Source of the DNA: Candidatus Ozemobacteraceae bacterium
GTDB taxonomy: Bacteria > Muiribacteriota > Ozemobacteria > Ozemobacterales > Ozemobacteraceae
Assembly (NCBI GenBank): GCA_965140445.1
Contig: OZ223236.1
Location: forward strand, 800,001-864,000
Direction of reading: 5' to 3'
Length of the DNA stretch: 64,000 nucleotides
A model generated the notes under the pieces. It saw only the letters and a program-made list of their open reading frames with translations, was not told the DNA's origin and searched no databases. A program made the position numbers and the translations under genes. Below, piece by piece: positions 1-9,225 of the stretch; position 1 is the stretch's first letter; each line of letters opens with the position of its first letter.

Positions 1-98
1 TCAGAATTGGATGAAGTTCCGCCACATCCCAAGGCAAAAAGTACCAATAGTTGAACAATAAAAACTGGCGCCCAAATTTTTTTTATAGAGCTGTGCAT
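1..98 (-). CDS. N-terminal fragment of a lipoprotein (runs off window start)
   Basis: Manual translation from ATG at 98: MHSSIKKIWAPVFIVQLLVLFALGCGGTSSNS..., open to base 1. Has a basic n-region, a hydrophobic h-region and an ALGC lipobox. Not in the ORF track. Confidence 0.7.
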   Translation of the reverse strand, partial: MHSSIKKIWAPVFIVQLLVLFALGCGGTSSNS

Positions 99-170
99 AA
101 TTTTTTTAAAAAATAATTTTTGCCTTTGAATTAGATTAATAGCGGGTGAAAAGAGGTTTGTTATGTAGAG

Positions 171-199
171 ATTGTGCCAAAGATTTTTTTTCATGTCAA
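171..199 (-). promoter_or_regulatory. sigma70-type promoter for the divergent lipoprotein gene
   Basis: Minus strand TTGACA-17 nt-CACAAT with a TG extended -10. Confidence 0.5.
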
Positions 200-283
200 G
201 TTTATCAACTAATTAGCCGAAAAGAAAGGTGAGAAATAATGCTACACCGTGCCCGGTTGGCAGACAAAAAACAGGAGACAAAT

Positions 284-3200
284 ATGAGGCAAACAAAATC
301 TAGATTCCTTAATTGCGAAACTTACATTCTACGGGTATTACTATGCTTTTTTCTAATATTCCTGTGGAATTCAAATGCTTTGTTTGCTGATATTACAGCT
401 CAAACCTTGGTCGTTGACTACCCGGGGGCTGCAACTGGCGCTAAAATTAACGGTGCTGCTGTGGTCACTCTTCAAGCTGCATGGACTGGAGATACTCCTC
501 CATACTCTGCTACCTTTAAAACGGGCGCTAATGCTCTTGGAAACGTTACAACTTCCTCGGCTAATGCCAATTTTCAAGTTTCAGGGGCTGCGCTTGGGCA
601 CGGTGATGGAAAGACCTTTGAAGTTGAAATTCTTGAAAGCTCTGTTCCTGCAGCTGAAAGTAAGACAGCTACAGGCGATAAATCAGTAAACGTTGATCTT
701 CAAGCTCCTGGGATCACGGTAACGCTTAACAAGACAACTTTTTCAAACAATGCTGGAAACAACGAAGTAATTATAAACATTACAAGTGATGAAGATATAA
801 GCAAACCAACTGTTACTGTAACACCAGACACACTTGGTGTAGCACCAACTGATGATGCTACAAACCCAACAGTTGGTAGATCCTTCCGCTACACAATGAC
901 TTTAACTGCTGCACAAAGTAATAACTATACTGTAAGAGTTGATGGAAGAGATACAACTCAACCAGCAGCCAATGCGAACCTTGGAAGCAGTCAGGCTGTT
1001 TTTAATGTTTCAGCATCAGGACCTGGTGCTGGTGCAATCAATGCGGTTAGCCCAGGAACTCCTACAAAAGCTAATAGCGTAACTCTTAGTGGATCTGTGG
1101 GCTCAAATACAGACACTACAAGACCTGTAGAGATTCTCGAAGGTGGAGCTGTTGTAGCCAATGGAACAATAAATGGAACAACCTGGTCTGCAAATGTTAA
1201 CTCTGTAACCGAAGGTGTTCATACCTACACAATGAGAGGGTATGATCTTTTGGGCAATCCTTCTGCTGAGTCTGGACCATTTGTAGTTACAGTTGATCAA
1301 AGCAATCCTTCAACTCCAACTGTGGTTCAGCCACCAACACCTACTGGTGCTGCCACTATTACAATTTCTGGAACTGGTGCTGTTGATTCAGGAACAGTAG
1401 TTTCACTTCCAGTTTACGTTGGCGTTTATGATATGAATGGAACCATGGTTGCGAGCGCTCCTGCTTCATCCGATGGCTCATTCAGTATTTCAAATGTTGC
1501 TTTGGCAGATGGAGATAACCAGTTTTATGTTCAGGCTGCAGATGCTACTGTAAACGGTGGAAACCTGTCTGGTATTTCAAACAGAGTAAATGTTTTTAGA
1601 GATGTAACCCAGACAACTCTTTCCAGCGTTATCATTTCACAGCCACCTGATCTTGCTTCAATGCCACTTCCTTTACCATCTTCTACATGGTATGGACCTG
1701 GAACATATAGAGTTCAGGCTAACTTTGACGAAAATATGGATACTACGTTGAATCCAACTATTACTATGACATTTGGTGGTGGAAGCGTAGTAAGTAATGC
1801 AGCTGGAACATGGGTTGATCCGAGAACATTTATTGGTTCAATAAGTGTTCCAAACAATGGCGGCACATCTTATGATGGAGTTTCTGAGCTCGCGATTGCC
1901 GGTGCAAGAGATGCTGCAGGCAATACAATGACTGATTTTGTTCAGGCAAGCTCTTTAAGCCTGGATGCTACCAGCCCAACTTCAAGTTTTACTGATAATT
2001 CAGCTCTTTACGTATCAAGTGCTACAACTTCACTTTCTATGACAGGCGTTGCTGATGACGCAGGTTCTGGTGTTGGATATGTTGATATTGCCTGGCAGAG
2101 TTTCTCTGGTGGAGCAGTTAGTTCAATTTCAGTTCCAATATTTAATGGAGCACACGCTGATTGGTCATATAATTGGAATGTTTCAGGACTTGGTTCGGGA
2201 AGATATAAAGTATGGGTTTATGCTGGAGACAGAGCTACTCCTAAGACTAATATTGAACCTTTCCTGACAAAGGAATACAGAATTCTTCTTGTTGATAGAG
2301 ATGATCCATCTGTTTCACGTGTAAGTATTGGAAACCTTGCTACTGATATTCAGGATATGGATGCTTCTATGGTTCCTACTATTGCAAGTTCTGTTACAAG
2401 GCTTGTTGCAAAATTCCTTGATAACGGCGATGCTGGAATTGATTTTGGAAATGCCGGGTTCCAGTTTACTCTTGTAAACGATTCTACAGGAAACTCAATT
2501 CTTGGGAACTTCTCGAACAATGCTTCTGATACAGTGTTTTTCGACTTTCCTGAGCTCACACAAAATGGAACTTACACTGTAACAGTAAGACCAATAGATA
2601 AGGCTGGAAATCTTGGTGTTGTTGCAACAAGAAGCTTTGTTCTTGATACAACTGGTCCTTCAAATGTTGGTCCGATGCCAGCAAATAATACAGTTGTAAA
2701 TCACACTTATGAGCCAATCGCGGCAGGTCAGGTGTGGGCTGTGATCGATGATCCAATGGCTGATTTTGCTCGTTCAAGCATGGTGGTCAGATACAATGGC
2801 AATCAGATTGGAGAAACCGTTCCCAGCGCTTCTACCACAGCAGTTGTGCACAATCTCATTACCGGTGGTGGAAACGTCCACGAAGATCAGAGTGATGATG
2901 GTAGATATGATATGGAAGTAACACCTGTTGATATTCTTGGGAATACAGGAACAGTTGGTAGGTCTTTCTTCAATCTGGATACTCAGGCTCCAGTAATAAC
3001 AACCTTTGCCCCAGCTTTGAATGCTGATGCCGAGACATGGGTTGGAAATTCAGTAACTCAATATTCTGTAACGCTTTCAGATGCGCCAAAGGATATTGTT
3101 ACACATGCTGCTGCTCTTGGAAGAACAGCGGTTCCTGCTGGAGACCCAAATTGGTATAACGGAAGCGGTTCTGGAGTAAATACAACGGTTTCATCCTTTA

Positions 3201-5671
3201 GTTGGGATATCGGAGTTGCTTCAAGTTCTGCTCCAGCTATTACTGGAAATACTTTTACAGTAAACAAGCCTTCTGCTGATGCAACAGCATTTCCTGAAGG
3301 GGTTGTAGATGTTCCTTGTCAGGTTGTAACTGCTGACAACGTTGCATTTGGTAACCCAGCGCCAAACATGTTTACACATACTCATACATATAGATACGAC
3401 TTCCTGGAACCATCAATAACTGGAATAACCAAGCCTGAGCCTGGAAACAACAAATATTGCAAGCAAACGCTTACAATTGAAGGGGCGGCAATGGATCAGG
3501 GAACTTCAACAGATATTCAGGTTGTTGGAATTGAATTATCTGAAGACAATACAAGCTGGGCATCAATGTCTGTTTCTGGATTACCAGCGACTCAGGCAAG
3601 CTTTACTGCAACCATGGATATCACTAATCGCATTGATGGAACATACAGCTTTTATCTGCGCGCAATTGATAGGGGTGGAAACGTGTCACCTTCAAGTTCA
3701 GGTGCTTTTGTTGTAGACAGAACTCCTCCTGAAGCTCCAACTATGGTAGTTCCTCTTCCTGATCAGATAACCAATAAACGTGGTCAGCTTTTTAAGTGGG
3801 CTACAACTACCGATGCGGATCATTATCTTCTTCAGGTTGCTGATGACCCGTCATTTAACAATGTTCTAAATAATCAAATCAACACTGCTTATCCTGCATT
3901 GGTTGGGCAAGTAACTGTTATGACTGAAAATGCGTTCTCTCTTCCAAAAGATGGAACATACTATTGGAGAGTCGCAGCTATTGAAACATGTGTTGATGGA
4001 TATAACATTAGTAGCTATTCAACCACCAGAAAGATTGTTGTTGACACAGTTAAGCCAACTGCTCTTTCAGTTCAGCCTGCTCCAAGCTCTGGAAACAAGA
4101 TTACAACTGGTATGGTTACCTTTACGGTTAGATTCAGTGAAAATATGGATGGAACTGAACCACCGGTAGTGAACTTGACTTCAGCAGGTGGCCAGCTGAT
4201 GAAAGTTGAAATGGTTACTTTCTCGGGTGACACATGGACTGGAACAGCTGTTATTCCAAGCAATAATAGTGCTCTTTATGATGGGACAGCGATAATATCA
4301 ATCTCTGGTGGTAAAGACCTAGCTGCTAATACAATGGCAGAAGATAGCACCAACAGTGTAATTATCAATACTGGCCCGGCATTTACAACAAAAATATTCT
4401 CAAATCCTGCACATGAATACGAAATCATGGTGGTTACGAAGTCTTCAGAAGCACTTCAGGCTCCTCCAACATGCTCTATTCAGCAGAATTCAACCAGGAC
4501 TCCAGTTGTAATGAATTTCCTCAAAGAAAGATATTACGCTGGTTCATACAAAATTCTTGCAGACAGTCCTGGCAAGGCATATATCGATATGTCTGGATCA
4601 GACCTGAATGGCATGACAGGAAAAGATTCAGTTGAGTTTACAGTTGCAGATCTTTCCGCTTCAGTAAGAGCAGAAATGATTACTCCATCTGGAAAAGCAA
4701 CACTTAAAGCAGCTGAAGGTTCAGTCAGCAATCCTGTGGCAATGTATATGCTTGCCAGAGAGACTCTTGAGTCACCGTTTGCAGCTGATATCAAGGCAAG
4801 CGTTCTGGCTGATACGGTAGACATGGAAGTTAAAAATGGATCAGAGCTTGTTGGGGTATTGCCTCTTGAAGAAATTGGTCCAGCTAATGTTCAACTTAAG
4901 AAATGCATGCTTTACAGTGCTGATGTAGAAGGAATCAAGCTTTCAGTTCCAGCTGAAAAAGTTCATCTTTACAGACTTGGAAGTGATGGTTTCTGGAGAT
5001 TCCAGGGTGGAGAGCTTAAGGATGAAAAAATTACTGCTCAAATAACTGGTCTTGGTAGATTGGCTTTGATGGCAGACATGACTGCTCCTTCAATCAAAGA
5101 TTTCTCACCAGCTGACATGGATAAGCTTGATGATCCTCAACCTGTAATCGAAGGTCGCCTGGTTGATTACGGTTCGGGCGCTGTAAATGAAACGTTGAAA
5201 CTCTTCATTGATGGCGTTGAAATGCCAAATGTGAAGGCCGATTCAAAAGGTTACTTTAAATTCAAAGTTCCGGTTGTTCTTCCAAAAGGTAGACATGAAA
5301 TTGAAGTTGAAGCTGCTGACAAAGCAGGAAATCAGGTTAGAAGTTCATTCTGGGTGACTGCGCCAGGAGCATTCGCAATTGATCAGTTTACTCCTTATCC
5401 GAACCCTTCAACAGGAACACATATCTACTTCAACTATAACTTCAATCAGAGAGCTGAAAGAGTGAGATTGAAAATCTATGATGTGGCTGGTCACAGAGTG
5501 GCAGATTTCGATACTTTCGATTTTGCTAATCAGACTGACGGAAGAATCCGATGGGATTTAAGGAACGATAGTGGAAAACGTGTAGCTAATGGAGTTTATT
5601 TCTATAAGCTACAGGTAACTAGAAGCGGCAAAACATACAAAAAACGCGGCAAATTCGCTGTATTGCGCTAG
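284..5671 (+). CDS. Large secreted Ig-like (Big) repeat surface protein with C-terminal FlgD-Ig/T9SS-type-A-like domain
   Basis: Start moved from 239 to ATG 284 (RBS CAGGAG). Signal peptide; Thr/Ser/Gly-rich beta repeats ending in D-x-AGN and xDxTxP motifs; C-terminal YPNP...LKIYDVAG...WDLRNDSGKRVANGVYFYKL. Confidence 0.8.
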   Translation: MRQTKSRFLNCETYILRVLLCFFLIFLWNSNALFADITAQTLVVDYPGAATGAKINGAAVVTLQAAWTGDTPPYSATFKTGANALGNVTTSSANANFQVSGAALGHGDGKTFEVEILESSVPAAESKTATGDKSVNVDLQAPGITVTLNKTTFSNNAGNNEVIINITSDEDISKPTVTVTPDTLGVAPTDDATNPTVGRSFRYTMTLTAAQSNNYTVRVDGRDTTQPAANANLGSSQAVFNVSASGPGAGAINAVSPGTPTKANSVTLSGSVGSNTDTTRPVEILEGGAVVANGTINGTTWSANVNSVTEGVHTYTMRGYDLLGNPSAESGPFVVTVDQSNPSTPTVVQPPTPTGAATITISGTGAVDSGTVVSLPVYVGVYDMNGTMVASAPASSDGSFSISNVALADGDNQFYVQAADATVNGGNLSGISNRVNVFRDVTQTTLSSVIISQPPDLASMPLPLPSSTWYGPGTYRVQANFDENMDTTLNPTITMTFGGGSVVSNAAGTWVDPRTFIGSISVPNNGGTSYDGVSELAIAGARDAAGNTMTDFVQASSLSLDATSPTSSFTDNSALYVSSATTSLSMTGVADDAGSGVGYVDIAWQSFSGGAVSSISVPIFNGAHADWSYNWNVSGLGSGRYKVWVYAGDRATPKTNIEPFLTKEYRILLVDRDDPSVSRVSIGNLATDIQDMDASMVPTIASSVTRLVAKFLDNGDAGIDFGNAGFQFTLVNDSTGNSILGNFSNNASDTVFFDFPELTQNGTYTVTVRPIDKAGNLGVVATRSFVLDTTGPSNVGPMPANNTVVNHTYEPIAAGQVWAVIDDPMADFARSSMVVRYNGNQIGETVPSASTTAVVHNLITGGGNVHEDQSDDGRYDMEVTPVDILGNTGTVGRSFFNLDTQAPVITTFAPALNADAETWVGNSVTQYSVTLSDAPKDIVTHAAALGRTAVPAGDPNWYNGSGSGVNTTVSSFSWDIGVASSSAPAITGNTFTVNKPSADATAFPEGVVDVPCQVVTADNVAFGNPAPNMFTHTHTYRYDFLEPSITGITKPEPGNNKYCKQTLTIEGAAMDQGTSTDIQVVGIELSEDNTSWASMSVSGLPATQASFTATMDITNRIDGTYSFYLRAIDRGGNVSPSSSGAFVVDRTPPEAPTMVVPLPDQITNKRGQLFKWATTTDADHYLLQVADDPSFNNVLNNQINTAYPALVGQVTVMTENAFSLPKDGTYYWRVAAIETCVDGYNISSYSTTRKIVVDTVKPTALSVQPAPSSGNKITTGMVTFTVRFSENMDGTEPPVVNLTSAGGQLMKVEMVTFSGDTWTGTAVIPSNNSALYDGTAIISISGGKDLAANTMAEDSTNSVIINTGPAFTTKIFSNPAHEYEIMVVTKSSEALQAPPTCSIQQNSTRTPVVMNFLKERYYAGSYKILADSPGKAYIDMSGSDLNGMTGKDSVEFTVADLSASVRAEMITPSGKATLKAAEGSVSNPVAMYMLARETLESPFAADIKASVLADTVDMEVKNGSELVGVLPLEEIGPANVQLKKCMLYSADVEGIKLSVPAEKVHLYRLGSDGFWRFQGGELKDEKITAQITGLGRLALMADMTAPSIKDFSPADMDKLDDPQPVIEGRLVDYGSGAVNETLKLFIDGVEMPNVKADSKGYFKFKVPVVLPKGRHEIEVEAADKAGNQVRSSFWVTAPGAFAIDQFTPYPNPSTGTHIYFNYNFNQRAERVRLKIYDVAGHRVADFDTFDFANQTDGRIRWDLRNDSGKRVANGVYFYKLQVTRSGKTYKKRGKFAVLR

Positions 5672-5693
5672 GAACAAAAAGGAGAGCTGCAAA

Positions 5694-6335
5694 ATGATTA
5701 AGAAACATCTAACAATAATTCTGCTGGCGCTTCCGTTACTGTTTGGCCTTACTGGCTGCAGTGGTGGGGTGAACGGCGAGGGAACTAATGACTACTCCAA
5801 CGATCTTGGAACTCCAATCGTTCGCGGAAATGCTTTCAATGATCTGGGCTGGAACCATATCAGTAAAGGGCAGTATGACAGTGCAATTGCGCAATTCAAT
5901 CTTGTTCTGAATGATAGTCCTACCGCAGACGAAGAAGCTGAAGCTAATAACGGTATTGGCTGGGCAAGAGCTAAACTTGGAGAACTTAAAGATGGAATGG
6001 TTTACTTTGATCGTGCAAAAACGATTTCAAATGATGCCAGAGTTGGCTTAGCTGCAGTCTATCTGCAAAAAGCTTCAAAGTCTGACATGGAAATGGTTGT
6101 TGACCTTCTTTATAAACAGCTTGGTCAGGAAAACCCGCATTTCAAATATAGCGCTCGAAGAGACACTGGCGTTTCTGATGCAGAAGTTCATGCGATGCTG
6201 GCATATGCTTATGCAGCTCTAGGGCAGAATGAAAGCGCAACAGAACAATTAGATTATGCAAAAGAATTGAATCCAAATTGGGAAAATACAACAATAGATC
6301 AACTTGCTAAAGTCGTTGAATTTTTGACCCAATAG
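5694..6335 (+). CDS. TPR-containing lipoprotein
   Basis: RBS GGAG; lipobox LTGC; TPR-like helices (LGWNHISKGQYDSAIAQFN, GIGWARAKLG, LAYAYAALGQNESA). Confidence 0.75.
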   Translation: MIKKHLTIILLALPLLFGLTGCSGGVNGEGTNDYSNDLGTPIVRGNAFNDLGWNHISKGQYDSAIAQFNLVLNDSPTADEEAEANNGIGWARAKLGELKDGMVYFDRAKTISNDARVGLAAVYLQKASKSDMEMVVDLLYKQLGQENPHFKYSARRDTGVSDAEVHAMLAYAYAALGQNESATEQLDYAKELNPNWENTTIDQLAKVVEFLTQ

Positions 6336-6363
6336 TTAGTTTAAAGGCAGCTCTGGAGAAAGT

Positions 6364-8229
6364 ATGAATAGGCAAATATCTCTGAAAAGAAAAGTATCAA
6401 AGAAAAGAATAGGCTTTAAAGCTTTTTCGGTTCTTTTTACCCTCGCAATGCTTTTAATTGCAACAGGATGTTTAAATACATCAAGCGCAGTTAAGGGTAA
6501 TGTAACGGGCAAAGTGTTTGATACAAATGGGCATGTTCTATACAAAGCCAGAGTTGAAATATACGGTGAAAGCTTTTCAATTTTAACTGATGAACTCGGA
6601 AGATACACCATTACAGGAATTGAGCCAGGTCAGAAAAAGCTGGTTGCAACCTATGAAGAGAAGTCTGTAGTGAAGGTTGTTGAAATTCCTCGTGGATCAA
6701 CTCTTGAAGGTGCTGATCTGACTTTCTCCGTTGTTGACGGTCTTCCACCAGTTGTTACAGATGTGGTTGTTGAAAATCTCACTGAGAATACTGCTGACAT
6801 TATCTGGAAAACGAATGAGCTCGCAGACTCCACTGTAGACTATGCTACAGGGCCAGTTGGACTTAGTAGTTTTACTATGGTTGCTTCAGATACGTCCCTT
6901 ACGACTGAACACAGAATCAGCCTTTCAGGACTGTTACCTGGCCAGACCTATCATTTCAGAGTGAAATCGCTGGATTTTGAAAGAAACGAAGGCGTTTCTT
7001 CTGATTATCAGTTCTCAACACCATCTGGAGATGCTCCGACTCCACCAATGAATATTATTGTAAATGCACCAACTGAAATGGAAAGAATTACTCTGGTGTG
7101 GAACAGTAATAGCGAAGCAGATTTGGCGGGTTATAACCTCTACAGATCAGAAACCGTTTCTGGAACATTCTCAAGAGTGAATGCGAGTCCTATTCCTTCT
7201 ACCGCAGGAACAACTACCTATCAGGATGAAGGGCTTAAAATTGCACAAAAATATTATTACTATCTAAAAGCTGTTGATACTGCTGGAAACGAAAGTGCTC
7301 CAACTCAAACTCTTTCGGTAGTAACTCCTGGTATTCTTTCAGAGAATAGAACATGGACACTTGCAGAAAGCCCATACATAATTCGTGGTGACATCAGAGT
7401 TCGAGGGGGTTCAATTCTAACAATCGAGCCGGGTGTTGAAGTGCGTTTCTCTCAGAAAGACAATTTGCCGGATAGCAACGGCTCAACAATGACCGATTTG
7501 ATCGTTCAGGGTGGACTAATGGCAGTTGGAAACGAAACTAACAGAATCGTGTTCACATCTGCTGAGAGTTTCCCAAGCAAAGCGGTTTGGGGCGGAATCA
7601 TCTATCTTGCTACCAATGAGCCAGAAAACATGCTTAGATACTCAACGGTAATGTTTGCTGATACGGGAGTTAAGAGCGATGGTTCAACACCATCAATCGA
7701 GAACACAGAATTCGGACTTTGTGGAATTGGACTGAACCTTGGCCTGTCTACCGCTTTAAATATTCGTTACAACACTGTTCGAGATTGTGATGTTGGGTTG
7801 GTTTCTGCTAACTCAAATATCAGAAACAACATTTTTGTTGATTGTCAGACAGGTATTTCGGTTCTCGGAAATGATTTTGTGGAAAATAATACTATCGATT
7901 GTTTAACCGGAATTGAAGTTGCTTTTGGCAATCCTGTTATACGAAACAATATTGTTGCTTACACAGGTTCAACTCGTGCCATTTATGGAATTAACCAGAC
8001 TCAGGCTCTTGCAACTCCTACTATGAGCTTTAATGACATCTTTAACTACACATTCGCATTTAACGGAACAAATGGGACGGGGACCTCTAATATTGAGGTT
8101 GATCCACTTTTTGTGGGTGGAACTCCATTCAATTACAGTCTACAGAGCCAGGCAGCAGGCAATGCCAGCGATTCTCCTTGCTTGACAGCCGGTGAGAACG
8201 GTGTGCAGATGGGACGATTCGGGCCTTGA
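6364..8229 (+). CDS. Lipoprotein with carboxypeptidase-regulatory-like domain, two FN3 domains and a right-handed beta-helix
   Basis: Lipobox ATGC; VTGKVFD...TDELGRYTI; FN3 motifs (LSGLLPGQTYHFRVKS, YYYYLKAVDTAGNES); repeated IRNN/VENNT beta-helix turns. Confidence 0.75.
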   Translation: MNRQISLKRKVSKKRIGFKAFSVLFTLAMLLIATGCLNTSSAVKGNVTGKVFDTNGHVLYKARVEIYGESFSILTDELGRYTITGIEPGQKKLVATYEEKSVVKVVEIPRGSTLEGADLTFSVVDGLPPVVTDVVVENLTENTADIIWKTNELADSTVDYATGPVGLSSFTMVASDTSLTTEHRISLSGLLPGQTYHFRVKSLDFERNEGVSSDYQFSTPSGDAPTPPMNIIVNAPTEMERITLVWNSNSEADLAGYNLYRSETVSGTFSRVNASPIPSTAGTTTYQDEGLKIAQKYYYYLKAVDTAGNESAPTQTLSVVTPGILSENRTWTLAESPYIIRGDIRVRGGSILTIEPGVEVRFSQKDNLPDSNGSTMTDLIVQGGLMAVGNETNRIVFTSAESFPSKAVWGGIIYLATNEPENMLRYSTVMFADTGVKSDGSTPSIENTEFGLCGIGLNLGLSTALNIRYNTVRDCDVGLVSANSNIRNNIFVDCQTGISVLGNDFVENNTIDCLTGIEVAFGNPVIRNNIVAYTGSTRAIYGINQTQALATPTMSFNDIFNYTFAFNGTNGTGTSNIEVDPLFVGGTPFNYSLQSQAAGNASDSPCLTAGENGVQMGRFGP

Positions 8230-8284
8230 TTTAAGGGCCTGACCAATAAAATTTTGTTTGCCTCTATTGTAAAATAGAATTTTT

Positions 8285-8316
8285 TCCCCTGACTTTTGTT
8301 GGGGGATTTTTTTTTT
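8285..8316 (+). terminator. Intrinsic terminator of the surface-protein operon
   Basis: TCCCCTGAC-TTTT-GTTGGGGGA hairpin (with G:U pairs) followed by a 10-T run. Confidence 0.6.
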
Positions 8317-8338
8317 GAGGAAATGGCCAGCCGTGCTA

Positions 8339-9094
8339 TCAGGCTTTAGGGGTCTCTGTAGGCGGAACTTTGTCTTCAGGCCCTTTTTTGTCAGGCTCTT
8401 GATCGTCAGGATTTTCACCTTCTGGATCTTCTTCGTCGCCTTCATCAAAAATTTCGCCTTTTTCGTATGCTCTGATCCACCAATTTATAAGTTCGGCATT
8501 TTGTTTCAGGAATTCTTTAAAGCTGATTTTAAAACCATCTTCGCAGTCCTGCTTATATTGCTCAGTTATGAAAGCAGTAAGATATTCAGTTACAGATTCA
8601 TCGAGAAAAACACCAGCGCCGACAAGAAATCTGGTGTCAACAAGGCGAAGAACTCTTGTGAAAAGAAGACTGCCTTCGGAGATTCCATCTGCTGCAACTG
8701 ATTCTGAAACGACAAACTCTTCACCAAGAAATAGATCTTTTAGGGTGAGACTTTCATTTTCTTTTATTCCAATCACTTTTAAAAGGGTTAAATTGGTTTC
8801 TTTAAGAGCCTTACAGACCTGTTTTTCTTGAAGAGAGAGCTCTTCGCTATAACGGTCAATGAACTCATCCATGAGGCAGTTGCCATTCGCGTCTGAATCG
8901 TCAAGAAGGAACCAGCTTAGGAATAAAAACTCATCAGGTGGATTAAATTCATATTCTTCACCTTCCTGAAGATTGTAAAAAACTTCAAGAGAATCTCCAA
9001 GATCTTCGATAAATTCTTCTTCTAGTGCGAAAGACATTAACTTGGCGAAAAGATCACTGAAAAGTGATTTGATTGCTAAAACCTCTGCTGACAT
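8339..9094 (-). CDS. Acidic hypothetical protein resembling the core of SEC-C-associated proteins (no SEC-C motif here)
   Basis: Start moved to ATG 9094 (RBS AAGGAG). WFLLD...LTLKDLFLGEEFVVSE...GSLLFTRV pattern; acidic disordered C-tail. Confidence 0.6.
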   Translation of the reverse strand: MSAEVLAIKSLFSDLFAKLMSFALEEEFIEDLGDSLEVFYNLQEGEEYEFNPPDEFLFLSWFLLDDSDANGNCLMDEFIDRYSEELSLQEKQVCKALKETNLTLLKVIGIKENESLTLKDLFLGEEFVVSESVAADGISEGSLLFTRVLRLVDTRFLVGAGVFLDESVTEYLTAFITEQYKQDCEDGFKISFKEFLKQNAELINWWIRAYEKGEIFDEGDEEDPEGENPDDQEPDKKGPEDKVPPTETPKA

Positions 9095-9164
9095 AAACGG
9101 CTCCTTAAGCGACTGAATCAAGGTTAACCCTTTTCAGGCTTAAAATCAAGCGGCTAAGGCAGAA

Positions 9165-9199
9165 AAAGGGTATCTCAATTAAATTTTGAGATACCCTTT
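9165..9199 (-). terminator. Intrinsic terminator of the ECF operon
   Basis: 14-bp perfect stem AAAGGGTATCTCAA/TTGAGATACCCTTT with 7-nt loop and a T-run on the minus strand. Confidence 0.7.
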
Positions 9200-9225
9200 A
9201 AGCCTTCTATTTGATAAAAATACTG

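Noticed and set aside
8315..8701. 128-aa plus-strand ORF and the many other short ORFs nested in long genes
   Set aside because: They lie antisense or out of frame within well-supported CDSs and have no motifs or RBS.
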